In this document: positions 19,500 through 27,825 of the stretch, piece after piece
Layout: each line of letters opens with the position of its first letter
Position numbering within the stretch: position 1 is the first letter of the stretch
Assembly (NCBI GenBank): GCA_046262175.1
Contig: JBHENF010000256.1
Span: 1 to 50,803, forward strand
Origin: Mycobacteriales bacterium
GTDB lineage: Bacteria; Actinomycetota; Actinomycetes; Mycobacteriales; SCTD01
Direction of reading: 5' to 3'
Length of the DNA stretch: 50,803 bases
Position numbers and translations under genes: made by a program
The notes under the pieces: model-generated
What the model saw: the letters and a program-made list of their open reading frames with translations, nothing else
Databases searched by the model: none
What the model was told of the DNA's origin: nothing

Positions 19500-19576
19500 C
19501 CCGGCAGATCCACACTCTTTGCCGCTGTCCACAAGACCGTCGAGCAGCGTGCAGGCGTCCGCGACCCTCGGCAATC

Positions 19577-20293
19577 GTGGCCGTCGTGGACCTCGGGCGC
19601 ATCCTGCGCGAAGCGCGGGAGCAGGCGGGACTACCGCAGCACCTGGTGGCGGAGCGGGTGGGGGTCACCGCGTCGGCTCTGTCGCGTTGGGAGTCGGGCC
19701 ACCGGCCGGTGCCGTCGGACGACGCCGATCGGGTGCTCGCCGCGTGCCGCCTCGACGTGCGGTTCCGGCTGGTACCGCGGCACCTGGATCTGACCGGGAG
19801 CCTGCGCGACCTGGCCAGGCAGCCGCTCTACCGCCGGATGATGGCCGTGCAGGGACTCGTCGGCCTGTCGTACCTGGACGGACTGCAGGCGACGGGGTCG
19901 GTCGTGTCCGACGGCGCGTGGGCAGCGGCGGCGCTGGCGTTGCCTCACCTCCAGCAGGTCGGCGGCCTGCTGCTGCGCGACGACCCGGTCGAGCAGGCTC
20001 GCGTGCAGCGGGCGCTTCAGGCGGCCATGTGCGACGTCGTTCTCGAGGGAGGCCTCCGCAGCGTGATGTGGGAGCCGACGGTGCTGCAGCGGTGGCCCGA
20101 GGCCGAGTGGCTGTCACCGCTGCTCGGGCGGTTCCGCACGGCGGTCGTGGCGGCACTGCCGGCCGAGCGCAGGGTGCGGGCGGAGGAGGCCGAGTGGCGC
20201 GTCATCGATCCCGGGCACCTGGTGCCTGAGCACGTCGACGCCGCTGCGCTCACGTGCTGGGAGGGGATGAGCGCGGACCCGCGAGCTACTTGA
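19577..20293 (+). CDS. XRE-family helix-turn-helix protein with an uncharacterised C-terminal domain of about 175 aa
   Basis: ORF 19484..20293 trimmed to GTG 19577 (an alternative GTG lies at 19586). The N-terminal Cro/C1-type HTH reads LGRILREAREQAGLPQHLVAERVGVTASALSRWESGHRPV. The remainder matched no family I could recognise. The 3' end overlaps nei convergently by 8 bp. Confidence 0.6.
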   Translation: MAVVDLGRILREAREQAGLPQHLVAERVGVTASALSRWESGHRPVPSDDADRVLAACRLDVRFRLVPRHLDLTGSLRDLARQPLYRRMMAVQGLVGLSYLDGLQATGSVVSDGAWAAAALALPHLQQVGGLLLRDDPVEQARVQRALQAAMCDVVLEGGLRSVMWEPTVLQRWPEAEWLSPLLGRFRTAVVAALPAERRVRAEEAEWRVIDPGHLVPEHVDAAALTCWEGMSADPRAT

Positions 20294-21146
20294 GCAGGCG
20301 GGACAGGCGACGGTCGGCGAGCGGCTTGCCGTCGGTCTGGCAGGTCGGGCAGTACTGCAGCGACTTGCTGGCGAACGACACCTCGCGGATCGTGTCTCCG
20401 CAGCGCGGGCACGGCAGGCCGGCGCGGGCGTGCACGTTGAGGCCCAGCTTCTTCTCCGACTTGAGGTCCTTCGCCGCCAGCCCCCGCGCCCGGCCGACCG
20501 CCGACTGCAGCGTCGTCACGATCGCGCCGTGCAGCCGCTCGACCTCCTCGGCCGTGAGGTTGCCGGCCGGCTTGAACGGCGAGAGTCCGACCTCCCACAG
20601 CACCTCGTCGCTGTAGGCGTTCCCGAGCCCGGCGATCAGCGACTGCGTCGTGAGCACGCCCTTGACCTGACCCCGTTCGCCCCCCAGCAGCCCGGCCAGG
20701 AACTCCACTGTGAACTCCGGCGACAGCGGGTCGAGTCCGAGCCGCGCCACCCCCGGCACCAGCGCCACGTCCCGTACGACGCAGACCGCCAGCCCCTTCT
20801 TCGTCCCGGCCTCGGTCAGGTCGAACCCGCTGCCGTCGTCGAGGTGCACGCGCAGCGCCAGCGGGCCCTTGCCGGGGCGCGGCGGTGCCGGCGGGAGGGC
20901 GTCCTTCCAGTGCAGCCAGCCGGCGCGGGCCAGGTGCACGACCAGGTGGATCCCGGACAGGTCGAGGTCCAGGAACTTCCCGTGCCGCGCGATGCCCACG
21001 ACCTCGAGACCGGCCAGCGAGGTGATCGGCGGGTCGTACGTCTTCAGCGCGTGCATGCCCGCAACATCCACCCGCGCGACGACCCGACCCACGGCGTGCT
21101 CGCGCAGGAACGAGACGAGGGCTTCGACCTCAGGAAGCTCCGGCAT
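20286..21146 (-). CDS. nei: Fpg/Nei-family DNA glycosylase / AP lyase
   Basis: 286-aa ORF. The N-terminal catalytic sequence is MPELPEVE. The H2TH region reads GLGNAYSDEVLW. The C-terminal zinc finger is CPRCG...CPTCQ. Confidence 0.85.
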   Translation of the reverse strand: MPELPEVEALVSFLREHAVGRVVARVDVAGMHALKTYDPPITSLAGLEVVGIARHGKFLDLDLSGIHLVVHLARAGWLHWKDALPPAPPRPGKGPLALRVHLDDGSGFDLTEAGTKKGLAVCVVRDVALVPGVARLGLDPLSPEFTVEFLAGLLGGERGQVKGVLTTQSLIAGLGNAYSDEVLWEVGLSPFKPAGNLTAEEVERLHGAIVTTLQSAVGRARGLAAKDLKSEKKLGLNVHARAGLPCPRCGDTIREVSFASKSLQYCPTCQTDGKPLADRRLSRLLK

Positions 21147-21349
21147 GGGTACAGCCGATCAGAACGCGTACCGCACGCGCAACCACGGCGTGCGCTCGGC
21201 GAACAGGTCCTTGCCGCGGGGTGACGAGGCGGCGGCCAGCACGGCGTAGCTGCGTCGCACGTCCAGCAGCGGGGCAGTCACACCAGGACAACGCCGGCGC
21301 GGGACCCGCCCTTCCCGCTGTTACCGTCGGAGCGACGAGAAGGAGCCGC

Positions 21350-22597
21350 GTGTCCACCGCCCTGCTCACCGACCGGTACGAGCTGACGATGCTCGAGTCG
21401 GCGCTGCAATCCGGGCTGGCCGGGCGGCGTGCGGTCTTCGAGGTGTTCGCCCGCCGGCTGCCACCCGGTCGCCGGTACGGCGTCGCCGCCGGGCAGGGCC
21501 GGCTGCGGACGCTGCTGGACGCGTTCACGTACGGGCCGGAAGAGCTGGCCGCGCTGGGCTTCCTGTGCGACGAGACCCGCGAGTGGCTCGACGGCCGCCG
21601 GCTGGGCGGGGACATCAGCGCCTATGCGGAGGGCGAGACGTACTTCCCCGGCAGCCCTGTGCTCACGGTCGAGAGCTGCTTCGGCGAAGGGCTGCTGCTC
21701 GAGACGCTGGTGCTGTCGGTGCTCAACCACGACAGCGCAGTCGCCTCCGCCGCAGCCCGGATGGTGACCGCAGCGAAGGGCCGGCCGCTGATCGAGATGG
21801 GCAGCCGCCGCACCTCGGAGCAGGCGGCCGTGGCGGCGGCGCGGGCCGCGTACGTCGCGGGCTTCGCGACGACGAGCAACCTCGAGGCCGGCCGGCGGCA
21901 CGGGATCCCCACCGCGGGCACCAGCGCACACGCCTTCGTCCTCGCGGCCGACGATGAGGTCGCCGCGTTCACCGCGCAGGTGAAGGCGCAGGGCGTCGGC
22001 ACGACGCTGCTCGTCGACACGTACGACACCGAGCAGGGCATCCGCAATGCCGTCGCCGTCGCGGGTCCCGAGCTGGGCGCGGTCCGGCTCGACTCCGGCG
22101 ACCTCGCCGAGGAGACGTCGCGGGCGCGCACGCTGCTCGACTCGCTCGGCGCCACGTCGACGCGGATCGTCGTGACCGGCGACCTCGACGAGCACGCGAT
22201 CGCGGCGCTCGCCGTCACGGACGCCGACGCCTACGGAGTCGGCACCTCGGTCGTGACCGGATCGGGCGCGCCGAGCGCGGGCCTCGTCTACAAGCTGGTC
22301 GCCATCGCCGGGAGCGACGAGCCCGACGCGCCCCTGCGGCCGGTGGCGAAGCGGTCGACCGGCAAGGCGAGCATCGGCGGCCGGAAGTGGGCGGCGCGCG
22401 TCGACGGCGGCGAGCGCCTGCGGCTGACGACGGACGGGTTCCCCGCCGGCGCACGGATGCTGCAGGGACCGCTCGGCAAGGACGACGTCGAGGCAGCGCG
22501 AGACCGGTGCGCGGCCTCACTCGCCGAGCTGCCCGAGGACGCCCGCCGGCTGGCACGCGGCGAGCCCTGCTGGACTGCCCAGCTCGAGGAGGAGTGA
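21350..22597 (+). CDS. pncB: Nicotinate phosphoribosyltransferase
   Basis: ORF 21221..22597 trimmed to GTG 21350, which is preceded by GAAGGAG. The N-terminus reads (M)STALLTDRYELTMLESAL, followed by GTSAHAF and LLVDTYDT blocks. The stop overlaps the pncA start (TGATG). Confidence 0.85.
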   Translation: MSTALLTDRYELTMLESALQSGLAGRRAVFEVFARRLPPGRRYGVAAGQGRLRTLLDAFTYGPEELAALGFLCDETREWLDGRRLGGDISAYAEGETYFPGSPVLTVESCFGEGLLLETLVLSVLNHDSAVASAAARMVTAAKGRPLIEMGSRRTSEQAAVAAARAAYVAGFATTSNLEAGRRHGIPTAGTSAHAFVLAADDEVAAFTAQVKAQGVGTTLLVDTYDTEQGIRNAVAVAGPELGAVRLDSGDLAEETSRARTLLDSLGATSTRIVVTGDLDEHAIAALAVTDADAYGVGTSVVTGSGAPSAGLVYKLVAIAGSDEPDAPLRPVAKRSTGKASIGGRKWAARVDGGERLRLTTDGFPAGARMLQGPLGKDDVEAARDRCAASLAELPEDARRLARGEPCWTAQLEEE

Positions 22598-23118
22598 TGC
22601 GCGCGCTGCTGGTGGTGGACGTCCAGGAGGACTTCTGCGAGGGCGGGTCGCTCGCGGTGCAGGGCGGTCGCGCGGTGGCCTCGAAGGCGGTGGCGCTGCT
22701 TCCGTCGTACGAGGTGACCGTGGCGAGCACCGACTGGCACATCGACCCCGGTGCGCACTTCGTGGAGTGGCCGGCGCACTGCGTGGTGGGCACTCCGGGC
22801 TCGCGCCTGCAGGAGCCGCTGACCGAGGACCTGGTGCAGGCGGTCGTCCGCAAGGGCGAGTACGCCGCGGCGTACAGCGCCTTCGACGGGACGATCGGCG
22901 AGCAGACGCTTGTGGACTGGCTGCGCGAGCGGGACGTCGACGCCCTCGACGTCTGCGGGCTCGCGACCGACCACTGCGTCCGGGCGACGGTGCTGGACGC
23001 GCGGGCCGCCGGGTTCGACGTACGGGTGCTGCTCGACGGGTGCGCCGGTGTCGCGCCCGAGACGACCGAGCGGGCCGTGCAGGAGATGGCCGCGGCGGGG
23101 GCTGAACTCGTCCGGTGA
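22597..23118 (+). CDS. pncA: Nicotinamidase/pyrazinamidase (isochorismatase family)
   Basis: ATG 22597 (MRALLVVDVQEDFCEGGSL...). The catalytic triad context is D (VVDVQ), K and C (GLATDHCV). Confidence 0.85.
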   Translation: MRALLVVDVQEDFCEGGSLAVQGGRAVASKAVALLPSYEVTVASTDWHIDPGAHFVEWPAHCVVGTPGSRLQEPLTEDLVQAVVRKGEYAAAYSAFDGTIGEQTLVDWLRERDVDALDVCGLATDHCVRATVLDARAAGFDVRVLLDGCAGVAPETTERAVQEMAAAGAELVR

Positions 23119-23852
23119 GACGGCAGAGCAAGGCGGAGCGGGAGTGGCTGGCGGCGTACGACTCCACGGCGTTCCCGCCCTTCGGCGTCACCGTGGACAT
23201 GGTGCTGCTCACGGTTCGCGAGGAGCGGTTCTCGGTGCTGCTCGTCGAGCGCGACACCCACCCGTTCCGCGGCTTCGCGGCCCTGCCCGGCGGGTTCGTG
23301 CAGCCGGACGAGGACCTGGACGACGCGGCGGTCCGTCGGCTCGAGCAGGAGACGGGGGTACGCCGCGACGCTGCGTACGTCGAGCAGCTCGGCGCCTTCG
23401 GGGAGCCGGCGCGCGACCCGCGGATGCGCGTGGTGTCGGTGGCCTACCTGGTGTTCGCGCCCGACCTGCCGGCTCCGCGACCGGGCGCCGGCACCCGGTC
23501 GGTGGCGTGGGTCCCGGTCGACGAGGTGGAGCCGGAGCGGCTGGCCTTCGACCACGCGCGGGTGCTGGCGGCGGGCGTGGAGCGGGCGAGGGCGAAGCTG
23601 GAGTACACGCCGCTGGCGGCCGCATTCTGCGACGAGGAGTTCACGGTCGCGGAGCTGCGCAAGGTGTACGAGGCGGTGTGGGGCGGGCCGCTCGACCCGC
23701 GCAACTTCCACCGCAAGGTGACCGGAACGCCGGGCTTCCTCGTCCCCGTCGGCCGGCCGGCGCCGGTCGGGCCGGACGGCGGGCGGCCGGCGGCGCTCTA
23801 CCGGCGTGGGCGGGCGACCCTCCTGCACCCGGCGATGCTGCGGACACGGTGA
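23115..23852 (+). CDS. nrtR: NrtR-type Nudix-related transcriptional regulator of NAD metabolism
   Basis: 245-aa ORF. The Nudix fold carries a box-like GGFVQPDEDLDDAAVRRLEQETG. The C-terminal winged-helix part reads FTVAELRKVYEAVWG...RNFHRKV. It is coupled to pncA by a GTGA overlap. Confidence 0.75.
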   Translation: MRRQSKAEREWLAAYDSTAFPPFGVTVDMVLLTVREERFSVLLVERDTHPFRGFAALPGGFVQPDEDLDDAAVRRLEQETGVRRDAAYVEQLGAFGEPARDPRMRVVSVAYLVFAPDLPAPRPGAGTRSVAWVPVDEVEPERLAFDHARVLAAGVERARAKLEYTPLAAAFCDEEFTVAELRKVYEAVWGGPLDPRNFHRKVTGTPGFLVPVGRPAPVGPDGGRPAALYRRGRATLLHPAMLRTR

Positions 23853-23968
23853 CGCGAGCAGACGGCCACGGGCGGGTGCGCCACGACGAAGCAGTCGGCG
23901 CACAGGGTCTCGGCGGTCCCGATCAGCCGGAAGGTGCTGTCGGGTCGCTCGCAGGTCTCGCACGTCAT
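23798..23968 (-). CDS. Small Cys-rich (CxxC...CxxC) zinc-ribbon-like protein, hypothetical
   Basis: A 56-codon sub-ORF of ORF 23798..25219, MTCETCERPDSTFRLIGTAETLCADCFVVAHPP.... By my count about 90% of third codon positions are G/C in this frame, against about 60% in the opposing plus frame. GGGAGGG lies 13-19 nt upstream of the ATG. It overlaps the nrtR 3' end by 55 bp. Confidence 0.5.
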   Translation of the reverse strand: MTCETCERPDSTFRLIGTAETLCADCFVVAHPPVAVCSRHRVRSIAGCRRVARPRR

Positions 23969-24151
23969 GCCTCGTACATCGCCCTCCCGAGGTCCCGCGT
24001 ACGCGCCCGTCCGGAGGTCCCCGCTGCACCCGTCCGCCGCGGGCCGGTAGTCCTTGCGGGCTGGTCCCTCCTGCTGGCGACCAGCTGCGCCGTCGGGTCC
24101 GACGCGCCCGCGCCGGCGACGGGGACGGACGGCGGCTGGCGGACCGCCGCG

Positions 24152-25099
24152 GTGCAGGCCATGGCCAAGGCGCGCGTCACGGTCACCGACACGACGTGTC
24201 GCGAGGTGCTCCGGCTCGGCGCGAGCGGGTCGCAGCTGCGGCTGAGGCTGTCCAACGCGATGAGCCCGACTCCGCTGCGCCTGTCGTCGGTGGCGGTCGA
24301 GGGGCGGCCGCTCGGGTCGTACCGGATCGCGCCCGGCGAGGACGTGGTCACGGCGCCGGTCGAGCTGGCGGCGCGCCGGGGGCAGGACCTCGTGGTGGAG
24401 CTGGCCGTGCAGGGCACGGCGGTCCTGAGCGAGCACACGCAGGGCGCGGCGACGTCGCGGTGTGCGGGGCTGCCGCCGGACCGGGCCGGGCTGGTCGTGG
24501 ACCGGGTGGACGTACGTGCTCCGGCCGCGCCGCCGGGGGTGCTCACCATCGGCGACTCGCTCACCGACCCGAAGGTGCTGCCTCCTGATACGTACGCCCG
24601 GTGGACGGACGTGGTCGCGGCGCGGCTGCCGGACCGGCCGGTCGTCAACGCGGCGATCGACGGGAACCGGTTGCTCAACCCGGGCGGGTACGGACCGACG
24701 GCGACGCAGCGGTTCGAGCGCGACGTCCTCCGCAGCCCCGGCGTCGGCACCTTGCTGCTGCTCTTCGGGACGAACGACATCACGAGCGGAGCGAGCGCCG
24801 AGCAGATCACGGACGCCCTCGAGGCTCTCGTCGACCGGGCGCGCCGCCGCGGGATCCGGCCTGTCCTGCTGACGCTGCTGCCGGCCGGGCGGCGCGCGCC
24901 TGCGTACGAGCAGGTCCGGAGCCAGGTCAACGACTGGATCCGCACCTCCCGCGAGCAGGTCGTCGACACGGACGTGGTCGTTCGGGACCCGGCGCAGCCG
25001 ACCCGCCTCCTGCCGGCCTACGACTACGGCGACGGGCTGCACCTGTCGGTCGCCGGGCAGCGCGCGGTGGGCGAGGCCGTGGCTGCCGCGATCGCGTGA
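24152..25099 (+). CDS. SGNH/GDSL-family hydrolase with an N-terminal beta-sandwich domain, probable secreted lipoprotein (start unresolved)
   Basis: This is the C-terminal part of ORF 22910..25099. It has SGNH block I (LTIGDSLTD), block III (GTNDI) and block V (DGLHLS). Coordinates start at the first canonical start codon (GTG 24152). Upstream, the frame encodes RRGPVVLAGWSLLLATSC, a lipobox-like signal (Cys codon 24086-24088), with no ATG, GTG or TTG. Confidence 0.7.
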   Translation: MQAMAKARVTVTDTTCREVLRLGASGSQLRLRLSNAMSPTPLRLSSVAVEGRPLGSYRIAPGEDVVTAPVELAARRGQDLVVELAVQGTAVLSEHTQGAATSRCAGLPPDRAGLVVDRVDVRAPAAPPGVLTIGDSLTDPKVLPPDTYARWTDVVAARLPDRPVVNAAIDGNRLLNPGGYGPTATQRFERDVLRSPGVGTLLLLFGTNDITSGASAEQITDALEALVDRARRRGIRPVLLTLLPAGRRAPAYEQVRSQVNDWIRTSREQVVDTDVVVRDPAQPTRLLPAYDYGDGLHLSVAGQRAVGEAVAAAIA

Positions 25100-25110
25100 C
25101 CCGACGCGAG

Positions 25111-25143
25111 AAGGGCCCCGCCACCAACCGGTAGCGGGGCCTT
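25111..25143. terminator. Candidate bidirectional hairpin between the SGNH gene and tRNA-Leu
   Basis: AAGGGCCCCGC-12 nt-GCGGGGCCTT gives a stem of about 10 bp with one bulged G. There is no clear U-tract. Confidence 0.4.
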
Positions 25144-25150
25144 CATCGGG

Positions 25151-25233
25151 TGGGCGAGGGGGGAGTTGAACCCCCACGTCCTTTCGGACACACGGACCTG
25201 AACCGTGCGCGTCTGCCATTCCGCCACTCGCCC
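25151..25233 (-). tRNA. tRNA-Leu (anticodon CAG)
   Basis: The reverse complement reads GGGCGAGTGGCGGAATGGCAGACGCGCACGGTTCAGGTCCGTGTGTCCGAAAGGACGTGGGGGTTCAACTCCCCCCTCGCCCA. The acceptor stem is GGGCGAG/CTCGCCC. The anticodon stem is CACGG/CCGTG with loop TTCAGGT. It has the long variable arm typical of Leu and the T-loop GGTTCAACTCC. CCA is not encoded. It occupies the position upstream of fhaA conserved in actinobacteria. Confidence 0.95.
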
Positions 25234-25325
25234 AGAGTGCGTTCCAACGCTAGCACCCGGGTAGCGCGCGGAAGGGGGCCCGACGAGCGCGGATACGATC
25301 ATCGCTCCGAGGGAAGGGGGCTGGC

Positions 25326-26024
25326 GTGGGAGTGCTGCAGCGCTTCGAGCGTCGGCTCGAAGGCCTCGTCGAGGGCGCCTTCGCGCGCGCCTTCGGCGGC
25401 GTGGTGCAGCCGGTCGAGGTGGCCGCCGCGCTGCAGCGCGAGGCTGCCGACAAGAAGGCGATCGTCGGCCAGGGCCGCGTCCTCGTCCCGAACCAGTACG
25501 TCGTCGAGCTCGGCACCGCCGACTGCGAGCGGCTCGGCGAGTACGACGCCGCGCTGCGCGAGGAGCTCGCCGCGATGGTGAGCGAGCACGCGCAGGAGCA
25601 GGGCTGGTCGTTCGTCGGGCCGGTCGCCGTGCGCTTCGAGGGCGTCGACGACCTCAAGACCGGCATCTTCCGCGTCCGCAGCGCCGTCGCGGCCGGCACC
25701 CGCCCGGCGACCCCGCCCGCCACGGGCAGCGCCCCCCGGCTCGAGATCGCGAGCGGCACCGAGACCGGCCGCGTCCTCGCGGTCCGCAAGCCCGTCATCG
25801 TGCTCGGCCGCGGCACCGAGGCCGACGTCCGGCTCACCGACACCGGGGTCTCGCGCAGCCACGCCGAGCTGCACCTCGACCCGGCCGGGGCCGTCACGAT
25901 CGTCGACCGCCACTCCACCAACGGCACGACCGTCAACGGCCGCAAGGTCGACAGCGCGCTGCTGCACGACGGCGACCGGATCGGTCTCGGGGCCAGCGTC
26001 CTCGTCTTCCGGCAGGGCGGCTGA
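25326..26024 (+). CDS. fhaA: FHA-domain protein FhaA (DUF3662 + FHA)
   Basis: GTG start giving (M)GVLQRFERRLEGLVEGAFARAF, a DUF3662 N-terminus. The C-terminal FHA domain reads VLGRGTEADVRLTDTGVSRSHAEL...NGTTVNG. Confidence 0.9.
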   Translation: MGVLQRFERRLEGLVEGAFARAFGGVVQPVEVAAALQREAADKKAIVGQGRVLVPNQYVVELGTADCERLGEYDAALREELAAMVSEHAQEQGWSFVGPVAVRFEGVDDLKTGIFRVRSAVAAGTRPATPPATGSAPRLEIASGTETGRVLAVRKPVIVLGRGTEADVRLTDTGVSRSHAELHLDPAGAVTIVDRHSTNGTTVNGRKVDSALLHDGDRIGLGASVLVFRQGG

Positions 26025-26491
26025 TGGCCTCCACGCTCATCGTGGCGATCGTCAAGTACGGGTTGCTCGCCCTGCTCTGGCTGTTCGTCATCTCCGCCGT
26101 ACGGACGGTGCGCTCCGACCTCTGGGGCGCCCGGTCCGCGGGTCGGGCTGCGCCCGCGCCTGCGGCAGCGAAGGCACCCCGGCCGAAGGGGAGCCGTACA
26201 CAGGCGCGGCGGCTGGTGGTCACCGAGGGCGGCCTCGCCGGCACGACCATCAACCTCGGCGACGCGCCCGTCACGCTCGGCCGCGCCGACGACTCCACCC
26301 TGGTGCTCACCGACGACTACGCGAGCAGCCGGCACGCCCGGCTGGTCCCCGGTGCGGACGCCTGGACGGTCGAGGACCTCGGCTCGACCAACGGCACCTA
26401 CCTCGGCTCGAGCAAGGTCACCCGGCCGACGCCGGTCCCGCTCGGGCAGCCGATCCGGATCGGCAAGACCGTGCTGGAGCTGCGCAGATGA
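26024..26491 (+). CDS. fhaB: Membrane-anchored FHA-domain protein FhaB/FipA
   Basis: 155-aa ORF. The N-terminal TM reads KYGLLALLWLFVISAV. The FHA domain reads TLGRADDSTLVLTDDYASSRHARL...STNGTYL. The start sits in a TGATG overlap with fhaA. Confidence 0.9.
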   Translation: MASTLIVAIVKYGLLALLWLFVISAVRTVRSDLWGARSAGRAAPAPAAAKAPRPKGSRTQARRLVVTEGGLAGTTINLGDAPVTLGRADDSTLVLTDDYASSRHARLVPGADAWTVEDLGSTNGTYLGSSKVTRPTPVPLGQPIRIGKTVLELRR

Positions 26492-27825
26492 CACTGGTGC
26501 TGAGGTTCGCCGCGCGGTCGCACACCGGCCTGCTGCGCGAGGGCAACGAGGACTCGGTGTACGCCGGGCCGCGGCTGCTGGCCGTGGCCGACGGCATGGG
26601 CGGGCACGCGGCCGGCGAGGTCGCCAGCGCTGTCGCGATCGCGGCCCTCGCGCCGCTGGACGAGGACGCGCCAGGCTCGGACCTGCTGGACGACCTCCGG
26701 CAGGCCGCGATGTCGGCCAACACGCACCTGCGCGACATGGTCGAGGGCGACGCCGCCCTCGACGGCATGGGCACGACGCTCACCGCGATGCTGTCCGCCG
26801 GCAACCGGCTCGGCCTGCTGCACATCGGCGACTCGCGCGCCTACCTGCTGCGCGGCGGCGAGCTCAGCCAGATCACCCGCGACCACACCCTCGTCCAGGC
26901 GCTCGTCGACGAAGGGCGGATCAGCGAGGAGGAGGCGAGCACCCACCCGCAGCGCAACGTCATCACGAACGTCCTCGACGGTCGCCCGGGGCTCGAACTC
27001 GACCTGTCGGTACGGGAGGTGCGCGCCGGCGACCGCTACCTGCTCTGCTCGGACGGTCTCACCGGGCCGGTAGCGAGCAACGACACGCTGCGCGACGCGC
27101 TCGCCATCCCGGACGTGCAGGAGGCGGTGGACCGGCTCGTCCAGCTCGCGCTGCGCGGCGGCGGCCCCGACAACGTCACCGTGATCGTCGCCGAGGCGAT
27201 CGAGACCGACCACGCGCCGGCGCGGCAGCCGGTCGTCGCCGGCGCCGCAGCGGAGGCGCCGCAGTCCCCGCCTCCCGGCGTCGCCGACAGCCCGGCCAGC
27301 CGGGCGCGCACCGCCGAGGGGCGCGACGTCCTGCCGCCCGAGCGAGCGCGCGCCGAGGCACCCCCGCCCGCGCGCCGGCACCGGCGCCGGCTGGGTGTCG
27401 TCGCCGCACTGGCGGCGCTGCTCGTCCTGGCCGGTGCCGGCGCGAGCTGGGCGTACGTCCGCTCGCAGTACTACGTCGGCGCGCAGGACGAGCGGGTCGC
27501 GGTGTTCCGTGGAGTCTCCGGCTCGGTTGTCGGCGTCGCCCTGTCGTCGGTCGAGGAGACCACCGACCTGACGACGACGATGCTCGGCGAGCTCGATGCG
27601 GCCCGCGTCGAGAAGGGGATCGTCGCCAAGGACAAGGCCGACGCCCGCCGCATCGTCGAGCGACTGCAGACGCAGATTCCGGTCTGCCCGGCGCCCGCGC
27701 CCCCGACGGACGCGCTGCCCCAGTCGCCGCTGCCGAGCCCGCCCGCAGGAGTGGCGAGCATCGTGCCGGCACCGACCCCCGTCGCCACGGCGCTTGCCAG
27801 CCCGATCCCCTGCCGTACGCCGTGA
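26488..27825 (+). CDS. pstP: PP2C-family Ser/Thr phosphatase PstP
   Basis: 445-aa ORF with RSHTGLLREGNEDS, ADGMGGHAAGEVAS, a TM segment (VVAALAALLVLAGAG) and a Pro-rich extracytoplasmic tail. It has an ATGA overlap with fhaB. Confidence 0.9.
   Translation: MTLVLRFAARSHTGLLREGNEDSVYAGPRLLAVADGMGGHAAGEVASAVAIAALAPLDEDAPGSDLLDDLRQAAMSANTHLRDMVEGDAALDGMGTTLTAMLSAGNRLGLLHIGDSRAYLLRGGELSQITRDHTLVQALVDEGRISEEEASTHPQRNVITNVLDGRPGLELDLSVREVRAGDRYLLCSDGLTGPVASNDTLRDALAIPDVQEAVDRLVQLALRGGGPDNVTVIVAEAIETDHAPARQPVVAGAAAEAPQSPPPGVADSPASRARTAEGRDVLPPERARAEAPPPARRHRRRLGVVAALAALLVLAGAGASWAYVRSQYYVGAQDERVAVFRGVSGSVVGVALSSVEETTDLTTTMLGELDAARVEKGIVAKDKADARRIVERLQTQIPVCPAPAPPTDALPQSPLPSPPAGVASIVPAPTPVATALASPIPCRTP

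Noticed and set aside
25100-25330. tRNA-Leu as an integration hotspot, meaning a genomic island next to the tRNA
   Set aside because: There is no integrase, and no direct repeat of the tRNA 3' end is noticeable nearby. The flanking genes (fhaA on one side, an SGNH hydrolase and the NAD salvage operon on the other) look like core genes. The tRNA-Leu/fhaA adjacency is the conserved actinobacterial arrangement.
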